From Thermoanaerobaculia bacterium (lineage in GTDB: Bacteria > Acidobacteriota > Thermoanaerobaculia > UBA5066): a stretch of 64,000 bases of DNA. The notes beneath the pieces are model-generated. The model was not told the DNA's origin. It saw only the letters and a program-made list of their open reading frames with translations, and made no database searches. The position numbers and the translations under genes are program-made. Each line of letters starts with the position of its first letter. Positions within the stretch are counted from its first letter, which is position 1. Positions 58,539 to 64,000 of this stretch are shown one piece after another. The stretch is from contig JAXLQV010000001.1 in NCBI GenBank assembly GCA_046331465.1, forward strand, positions 671,210 to 735,209, read 5' to 3'.

Positions 58539-59396
58539 ATGGGCGAGATCGTTCCCGACCGCGAAGGGTTCCTCGAGGCGGGCGAGCACCGGGTCCGGTG
58601 GGAGTACGTCGGGAGGGGCGAGAAGGAGGCCGTCTGCCTCCTGAACGGCCTCGCGATGCACACGCGCGCCTGGTACGGGGTCCTCCCGCGCCTCCTCGAC
58701 GCGTACGACGCCGTCCTCTACGACTACCTCGGGCAGGGGCAGTCCTCCTCGCCCGACGAGCCCTACTCGATCCCCGAGTTCGCGGGGTACCTGCCGAGGG
58801 TGCTCGACGTCCTGGGGATCGCGAAGGTCCACGCCGTCGGCGTCTCGTACGGCGGCTTCGTCGCGGCCGAGGTCGCCCGCCTCTTCCCCGAGCGGCTCCA
58901 CACCCTCACCCTCTCCGGGATCCTCCTCTCGCACGAGGAGCTCTTCTCGATGTACCAGGAGATCTCCCTCCGCTTCTACCGGGGCGGGCCGGAGGTCTTC
59001 GAGCTCTACACGCACTACATGTACGAGAAGATCTTCGGCGAGGCGTTCGTCTCGGCGATGAAGGCGAACCTCCCGGTCCTCCGCGGGCGGTTCCACGACC
59101 GCTACAGGGAGCAGACGCACGCGCTCATCCGGCTCACGCTCGCGCAGGACCCGTTCTTCGCGGCGCTCGACGCGAACCTCGCCGGCTACGCGGCGTTCCC
59201 GGGGCCGGTCCTCGTCGTCCCGGGCGCCGAGGACCGGACGATCCCGCCCTGGGTGCAGAAGAAGATGCTGTCGGTCTTCCGCGACGCGCGCTGGGAGCCG
59301 ATCGAGGGCTCCGGCCACGTCGTCTACCTCGAGAAGCCCGACGCGTTCTTCGGAGTCCTCAGGAAGTTCCTGGAGACCAAGTCGACGTCGTTCTGA
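58539..59396 (+). CDS. alpha/beta-fold hydrolase
   Basis: LLNGLAMH, nucleophile elbow GVSYGG, C-terminal GSGHVVYLEKPD. Confidence 0.75.
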   Translation: MGEIVPDREGFLEAGEHRVRWEYVGRGEKEAVCLLNGLAMHTRAWYGVLPRLLDAYDAVLYDYLGQGQSSSPDEPYSIPEFAGYLPRVLDVLGIAKVHAVGVSYGGFVAAEVARLFPERLHTLTLSGILLSHEELFSMYQEISLRFYRGGPEVFELYTHYMYEKIFGEAFVSAMKANLPVLRGRFHDRYREQTHALIRLTLAQDPFFAALDANLAGYAAFPGPVLVVPGAEDRTIPPWVQKKMLSVFRDARWEPIEGSGHVVYLEKPDAFFGVLRKFLETKSTSF

Positions 59397-59423
59397 GCCG
59401 CGAGGTCGGCGTCGTTCCGAAGC

Positions 59424-61037
59424 TCAGAGGTCCCCGATCGCGGCGACGAGGCGCGTCCAGAGCGCGCCGCCGCCGAGGCCGTTCGTCAGGACGACGATCC
59501 CCGTCCCGCGGGACGGCGAGAGCTGGCTGTAGCAGCGGAAGCCGGTGCTGTTCGCGCCGCTGTGGTAGACGACGTCGCCCCCCGGCGTCCCGTTGATCCC
59601 CCAGCCGAGACCCCACCAGACGGCTCCGCCCCGCGCCCTCCCGGGGCGCTCGATCGGGTCGCGCGCGTCGGCGCGCACCGCGTGACGGAGCATCCCGGCG
59701 ACGCCCGCGGCCGGGAGGGCTCGCGGCCCGAACGACCCAGGGTCGAGGATCGCCGCAAGGAAGCGGGCGTAGTCGGGGGCGGTCGCGACGAGCGAGTAGG
59801 CCGCGTTCGCGTGCCGGTAGCGGGCGCGGGCCCGGGGCTTGCCGTCCTCCTCGTGCCCGGTCGCGAGCGCCGCGTCGAGGCGGGAAGTCCAGACGAACGA
59901 CGAGCTCTCCATCCCGAGCGGCGCGAAGAGCGCCTCCTTCGCGTACTCCTCGAGCGGCTCTCCCGTCACCTTCTCGACGACGCGCTGCAGCTGGTACATC
60001 GCTTCGCCGGAGTAGCCGAAGCGCGAGCCGGGCTCGAAGAGCACGGGGAGCGGGCCGTCCCGCTCCTCGCCCCCCTTCCTCCAGTTCGGAAGCCCCGAGG
60101 TGTGCGAGAGGACCATCCGGGGGGTGATCCTGCGGAGCTCCTCCTGGCCCGGGACCGACGGGACCGCGACGACCTCGGCGAGAGGCCGGTCGAGGTCGAG
60201 CTTCCCTTCCTCGGCGAGCTTCAGGGCCACGTAGGCGAAGACGGGCTTCGACATCGAGGCGACTTCGAAGAGCGTCGCGGTCGTGACGGGCGCGCCCGTC
60301 TTCGCGTCCGCGACGCCCCAGGCCTTCGTGAAGGCGACCTTCCGGTCCCTCACGAGGGCGATCGAGACGCCCGGGACGTGGTGCTCCTTCATCAGGAGCG
60401 GGACGAGGCGCTCGACGCTGGCGACCGTCGCCTCCCACGACGGGGCGCGGAGCCACGCCGCCGGGTCGATCCGCGCGAGAGCGAGCGCCGCCCCGCCCCG
60501 GACGTCCTCGTCGCGGTCCCAGAGGGCCTCGCGGAGCGCGGGAATGGCGGCGGAAGCGGGCGCGCCGACGGCGCCGAGCGCGTTCGCCGCCGTCCAGCGG
60601 ACGACCTCCTTCGGGTCGGCGAGGGCCCTCACGAGCGCGGGGACGGCGTCGCCGGACCTCGGCCCTAGCTTGCCGAGGGCGATGGCCGCCCCGACGCGGA
60701 CCTCCTCGCGGCCGTCTCCGAGCGCCCTCGCGAGCGCCGGGACGCTCGAGTCGCCGACGCGGGCGAGCGCGTCGGCAGCGGCGCCGGCGACGAACGGGTC
60801 GGGGTCGGCGAGGGCGGCGACGAGGGCGTCGACCGCCGGGGCGGCCGCGGGTCCGGCCTCTCCGAGCGCCGCCGCGGAGTGCTCGCGCACGCCGGGATCG
60901 GGGTCGGCGAGCGCGGCCGCGAGGGATTCGGCGCTCGCGGCCCCCGGGGGCCGTGGTCCGACGGCCGGCGCCGCGGACGCGAGGAGCGAGAGGAGGGCGA
61001 ACGGGAGGAGGAGAGCCGACGCGTCGCGGCGGGGCAA
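59424..61037 (-). CDS. secreted fusion protein: HEAT (PBS-lyase-type) repeats plus a class-C beta-lactamase-fold serine hydrolase domain
   Basis: TTG start at 61037 with GAGGAG 4 nt upstream. Signal LPRRDASALLLPFALLSLLASAAPAVG. Repeats of DPDP.VR..AA.ALG. Then SMSK (S-x-x-K), YSGEAMY (Y-x-N-like) and HSGANSTGF (KTG-like). The longer 1030-aa ORF was rejected. Confidence 0.65.
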   Translation of the reverse strand: MPRRDASALLLPFALLSLLASAAPAVGPRPPGAASAESLAAALADPDPGVREHSAAALGEAGPAAAPAVDALVAALADPDPFVAGAAADALARVGDSSVPALARALGDGREEVRVGAAIALGKLGPRSGDAVPALVRALADPKEVVRWTAANALGAVGAPASAAIPALREALWDRDEDVRGGAALALARIDPAAWLRAPSWEATVASVERLVPLLMKEHHVPGVSIALVRDRKVAFTKAWGVADAKTGAPVTTATLFEVASMSKPVFAYVALKLAEEGKLDLDRPLAEVVAVPSVPGQEELRRITPRMVLSHTSGLPNWRKGGEERDGPLPVLFEPGSRFGYSGEAMYQLQRVVEKVTGEPLEEYAKEALFAPLGMESSSFVWTSRLDAALATGHEEDGKPRARARYRHANAAYSLVATAPDYARFLAAILDPGSFGPRALPAAGVAGMLRHAVRADARDPIERPGRARGGAVWWGLGWGINGTPGGDVVYHSGANSTGFRCYSQLSPSRGTGIVVLTNGLGGGALWTRLVAAIGDL

Positions 61038-61045
61038 CCCGCTCC

Positions 61046-62074
61046 TCAACGCTCGCCCCCCCGAGGGAGCTTCACGAGCGGCGAGGCGTCGTCGAAGGCG
61101 TCGTCGAACGCGAAGAGGATCGGATGCCCGCCGGTGTGGACGAAGACGACCGGGACGGCGGGGTCGAGCGCGCCGGCCCGGGCGAGGCCGAAGAGGCCCG
61201 ACATCGCCTTTCCCGTGTAGACGGGGTCGAGGAGGAGGCCCTCGAGCCGCGCGCTCGAGAGGATCGCCTCGCGCCCCGCCTCCGTCGCGACGCCGTACTC
61301 GCCGCGGAAGGCGTCGTGGCACTCGACGTCGCCCGCCGCGAGCCGCGGCTCGAGGCCGAGGAGGCGGGCGCTCTCGGCGGCGATCTCGGCCGTCCGCGCG
61401 GCGATCGCGCCCGCCCCGCGGGAGACGCTGATCCCGACTACCCGCGCGGCGGGGAGGAAGAGGCGGGCTCCGAGGCAGAGCCCCGCGAGCGTCCCGCACG
61501 AGCCGACGGCCGCGACGATCTGAACGGGAGACGGGCCGAGCTGCTCCGCGAGCTCGCGCGCCGCGCGGACGTAGCCGAGGGCGCCCGCGCCCGTGCTCCC
61601 GCCGAGCGGCACCGCGAACGGCCGCCGGCCCGCCGCGCGCAGCTCCGCGACCCACCGCTCCATCCCGGCGGCGAGGGCGTCGTTGTCGTCGTCGTCGACG
61701 AGGTAGCGGACCTCGGCGCCGTAGAGCGTGTCGAGGAGGAGGTTCCCGCGTCGCCGGGCGAAGTCGGGCCCGCCGAGGACGAGCTTCGCCTCGAGGCCGA
61801 GCCGGCGCGCCGCCGCGGCCGTCATCGCGGCGTGGTTCGACTGCGTGCCGCCCACCGTCACGACGACGTCGAAGTCGCCGGAGAGGACGGGGGCGAGGTC
61901 GTACTCCAGCTTCCGCGCCTTGTTCCCGCCCATCGCGAGGCCGGTCGCGTCGTCCCGCTTGACGAGGAGGCGCGAGAGGCCGAGGTGCCGCGCGAGGCGC
62001 GGCGCCTCCTGGAGCGGGGTCGGCAGGGCCGCGAGCGGAGCCCGCCCGATCGCGTCGAGGGCCGCAGAGATCAT
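61046..62074 (-). CDS. PLP-dependent fold-type-II enzyme of the ACC-deaminase / D-cysteine desulfhydrase family
   Basis: LLVKRDD..GLAMGGNKARKLEY (PLP Lys), VVTVGGTQSNH, C-terminal VFVHTGG. Confidence 0.8.
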   Translation of the reverse strand: MISAALDAIGRAPLAALPTPLQEAPRLARHLGLSRLLVKRDDATGLAMGGNKARKLEYDLAPVLSGDFDVVVTVGGTQSNHAAMTAAAARRLGLEAKLVLGGPDFARRRGNLLLDTLYGAEVRYLVDDDDNDALAAGMERWVAELRAAGRRPFAVPLGGSTGAGALGYVRAARELAEQLGPSPVQIVAAVGSCGTLAGLCLGARLFLPAARVVGISVSRGAGAIAARTAEIAAESARLLGLEPRLAAGDVECHDAFRGEYGVATEAGREAILSSARLEGLLLDPVYTGKAMSGLFGLARAGALDPAVPVVFVHTGGHPILFAFDDAFDDASPLVKLPRGGER

Positions 62075-62152
62075 CTCGTCCCCTTCCTCCGGGAAGCTCG
62101 TCCCCGCCCGGCGACCCGTGGAGTATCGCGGAAAGGAGGCCGCGGGGGCGCC

Positions 62153-62818
62153 TCAGTCGCCGTGCCGGGCGCCGGCCGCCGCCTCGGGAGAGGTCGCGCT
62201 CCCGGCCTCGGCCAGCATCCCGCGCCTGAGGATCTCCGCGATGTCGCGGATCGCGTCCTTCGAGGGCTTCCCGAACTGGTCGGGGACGCGGAAGAGGATC
62301 TCGACGGCGTAGTACTGCAGGAAGATCCGGCTCGCGAGCATGACGGCCGAGAGCGGCTCGACGCCGGGCGCCATCCGCGTCTCGAAGTCGTCCTTCACCC
62401 TGTAGCGGCGGAGGAAGGCCGCGAAGCGGTCGGCCATGCTGGCGTAGAAGCGCTGGATGTGCGCCCCGCTCATCTCGACGACGTCGACGTAGATGAGGGC
62501 GACGTGGCGTTCCCACGTCTTCACGCTCTCCTCGGCCGCCTCGGCGAGCTCCTCGAGCCGGTCGGGGAACGCGCCGGAGGCGAGCGCGCGGTTGAAGGGG
62601 AAGTCGGGGCTCTCGATGGCGTGCCAGTACTGAGAGAGGAGCGTGTCGAAGAGCTCTTCCTTGTCGTGAAAGTGGTGGTAGACGCTCCCGGTCGAGACGC
62701 CGGCCGCCTTCGAGATGTCGCGGATGCTCGTCCCGCGGTAGCCCTGGCGCGAGAAGAGGTCGAGGGCCGCCTCGAGGATCTGGGCCCGGCTCCTCTCCGA
62801 CTTTTCTTCCTGGTCCAT
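62153..62818 (-). CDS. TetR/AcrR-family transcriptional regulator
   Basis: MDQEEKSERSRAQILEAALDLFSRQGYRGTSIRDISKAAGVSTGSVYHHFHDKEELF is a canonical TetR HTH. An alternative TTG start lies 17 codons upstream. Confidence 0.75.
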   Translation of the reverse strand: MDQEEKSERSRAQILEAALDLFSRQGYRGTSIRDISKAAGVSTGSVYHHFHDKEELFDTLLSQYWHAIESPDFPFNRALASGAFPDRLEELAEAAEESVKTWERHVALIYVDVVEMSGAHIQRFYASMADRFAAFLRRYRVKDDFETRMAPGVEPLSAVMLASRIFLQYYAVEILFRVPDQFGKPSKDAIRDIAEILRRGMLAEAGSATSPEAAAGARHGD

Positions 62819-62879
62819 CCGCCGTCGACCTCGCACCCGAACCGTAGGGGGCGCGGGGCGCGGCGTCAAGTGCGGCGGT

Positions 62880-63281
62880 TCAGTACATGCCGACCGGGCG
62901 CGAGGCGTCGTAGGCCTCTGCGAGGTGGAGGCCGGCCCAGACGCGGACGCGCGACGACGGCGCGAGCTGGAGCTCCCAGTCGCCCTTCGCGTCGCGGACC
63001 TCCGAGCCCCAGAGCTTCCGGCGCGCCCGGTCCGTGAAGAGCTCCCAGAAGACGGTCCCGAAGTCGACCGCCCCGGGCCGGACGAGCCAGGCGGGAACGC
63101 GGACGCCGACCTCGATCGCGACGGCGTCGACGGTCGTCTCGACGAACCCGAGCGCGGCGAGGCGCGCGAGGAAGAGCGTCTCGAGGCCGGGCGGGAGGAC
63201 GTGACGCCCCCGGCGCACGCCTCGCCCGAGGATCAGGTCGTCGACAGCGAGCGCCTCGGCAGAGAGCTCGGGGGCGTGCAC
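62880..63281 (-). CDS. hypothetical protein
   Basis: 133 aa from the GTG at 63281. Balanced composition (..GFVETTVDAVAIEVGVRVPAWLVRPGAVDFGTVFWELFTDRARRKLWGSEVRDAKGDWELQLAP..). The upstream portion of the ORF is junk-like. Confidence 0.3.
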   Translation of the reverse strand: MHAPELSAEALAVDDLILGRGVRRGRHVLPPGLETLFLARLAALGFVETTVDAVAIEVGVRVPAWLVRPGAVDFGTVFWELFTDRARRKLWGSEVRDAKGDWELQLAPSSRVRVWAGLHLAEAYDASRPVGMY

Positions 63282-63335
63282 GGCGGGGGATGTTAGCCCG
63301 CGGCCGGCCGCGGCCCGGTAAAGTCGGGAGTCCGG

Positions 63336-64000
63336 ATGGCCCGTACCCGACGCCTCGCCCTCCTCGCGGTCGCCGCCCTCCTCTCGGGGGCGGCCCTCCG
63401 CGGCCTCCTCGCGCTCGCCGAGGCGGTGGTCGAGGGGCGCGTCCGCGAGAGGCTCGTCGCCGGGGCGGCGGAGCGGGGCTTCGCGCTCACGATCGACCGG
63501 GTCCGGGTCCGGTTCCCGTCCCGCGCGAGCCTCCTCGGGCTCTCGCTCGCGGGGAAGGGCGTCACCGTCCGGCTCGACCGGCTCGACGCCCGCGTCGCGC
63601 TCCTCGGGCACGGCGTCCGGGACCGGCTGAGACGGGTCGAGCTCGGCCCGCTCTCGGCCGACCTTCCCCACGGCGTCTCGCTCGCCGCGGCGCCGAGCTC
63701 GTGGGACGTGGAGTGGAGCGACGCCGCCCTCGTCCTGGCGGGGCGGGGAGGCGAGGGGCGCCTCGTCCTCGAGCGCCCCGGGGCGTCGTCCGTGAGGATC
63801 CGGGCCGACCGGCTCGACCTGACGCGGCTCCTGAAGCTCCGCCGGGACGGGGCGTGGGTCGGGGACCTCGGCGTCGTCTCCGCGCTCGCCGCGGTCGACC
63901 CGGCGCCGGGCGGCGGCCGGAGCGTCGAGGCGAGCCTCCTCGCGCGTCGGGCCCGGCTCGCCGCGCCGCCGGAGGACGACGCGCCCGGCGTCGCCGCGCT
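63336..64000 (+). CDS. hypothetical exported protein (AsmA-like N-terminus), 5' part only; continues past the window end
   Basis: The ATG at 63336 gives MARTRRLALLAVAALLSGAALRGLLALAEAVV..., followed by repeated VR.DRLD segments. The frame stays open to 64000. Confidence 0.4.
   Translation, partial: MARTRRLALLAVAALLSGAALRGLLALAEAVVEGRVRERLVAGAAERGFALTIDRVRVRFPSRASLLGLSLAGKGVTVRLDRLDARVALLGHGVRDRLRRVELGPLSADLPHGVSLAAAPSSWDVEWSDAALVLAGRGGEGRLVLERPGASSVRIRADRLDLTRLLKLRRDGAWVGDLGVVSALAAVDPAPGGGRSVEASLLARRARLAAPPEDDAPGVAA

Noticed and set aside
59424-62516. 1030-aa minus-strand ORF
   Set aside because: It runs through the ACC-deaminase-family gene in another frame. Only its last 538 codons (HEAT plus beta-lactamase fold, TTG start with RBS) are supported.

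Overview
This 64 kb window is a very GC-rich (about 70%+) chromosomal stretch that is gene-dense on both strands. I support about 57 protein-coding genes and found no rRNA, tRNA, CRISPR array, transposase, integrase or phage genes. Because of the GC content every frame carries long spurious ORFs, typically R/G/P/E-rich. I accepted a CDS only when its translation shows recognisable family motifs, a balanced composition, a signal peptide or TM logic, an RBS, or operon context.

From left to right the window holds:
- a truncated Hanks-type Ser/Thr kinase, divergently paired with a small winged-helix plus FHA regulator;
- a set of housekeeping genes (crotonase, an octaheme HAO-family cytochrome c, M20 and C1B peptidases, O-methyltransferases, rlmI, a GT4 glycosyltransferase);
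- a tandem array of three secreted paralogs at 18895-25107 that carry different passenger domains (PKD plus a hydrolase-like domain, a beta-propeller, a pectate-lyase-like beta-helix) but share a roughly 200-residue C-terminal domain I do not recognise, and two of them also share a leader. I regard this array as the most novel feature in the window;
- an aldo-keto reductase, an Fpg-family DNA glycosylase, a membrane PP2C phosphatase and a 2-hydroxyacid dehydrogenase;
- a minus-strand MBOAT O-acyltransferase operon with two SGNH-type hydrolases, a small periplasmic protein and an ABC-2 exporter;
- a PEBP-family protein, an M13 peptidase and gdhA;
- an ECF sigma / anti-sigma module;
- a 3-hydroxyacyl-CoA dehydrogenase, a Zn-ribbon/TPR protein and a TonB-dependent-receptor-like outer-membrane protein;
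- a translationally coupled seven-gene plus-strand cluster (SDR, KAS-III-like, alpha/beta-hydrolase, AMP-ligase, alpha/beta-hydrolase, thiolase, alpha/beta-hydrolase) that resembles an OleD-A-B-C head-to-head condensation or beta-lactone pathway;
- a HEAT-repeat/beta-lactamase-fold fusion, an ACC-deaminase-family PLP enzyme, a TetR regulator and an AsmA-like protein truncated at the window end.

I could run no database searches. Every family assignment is from motif recognition by eye.
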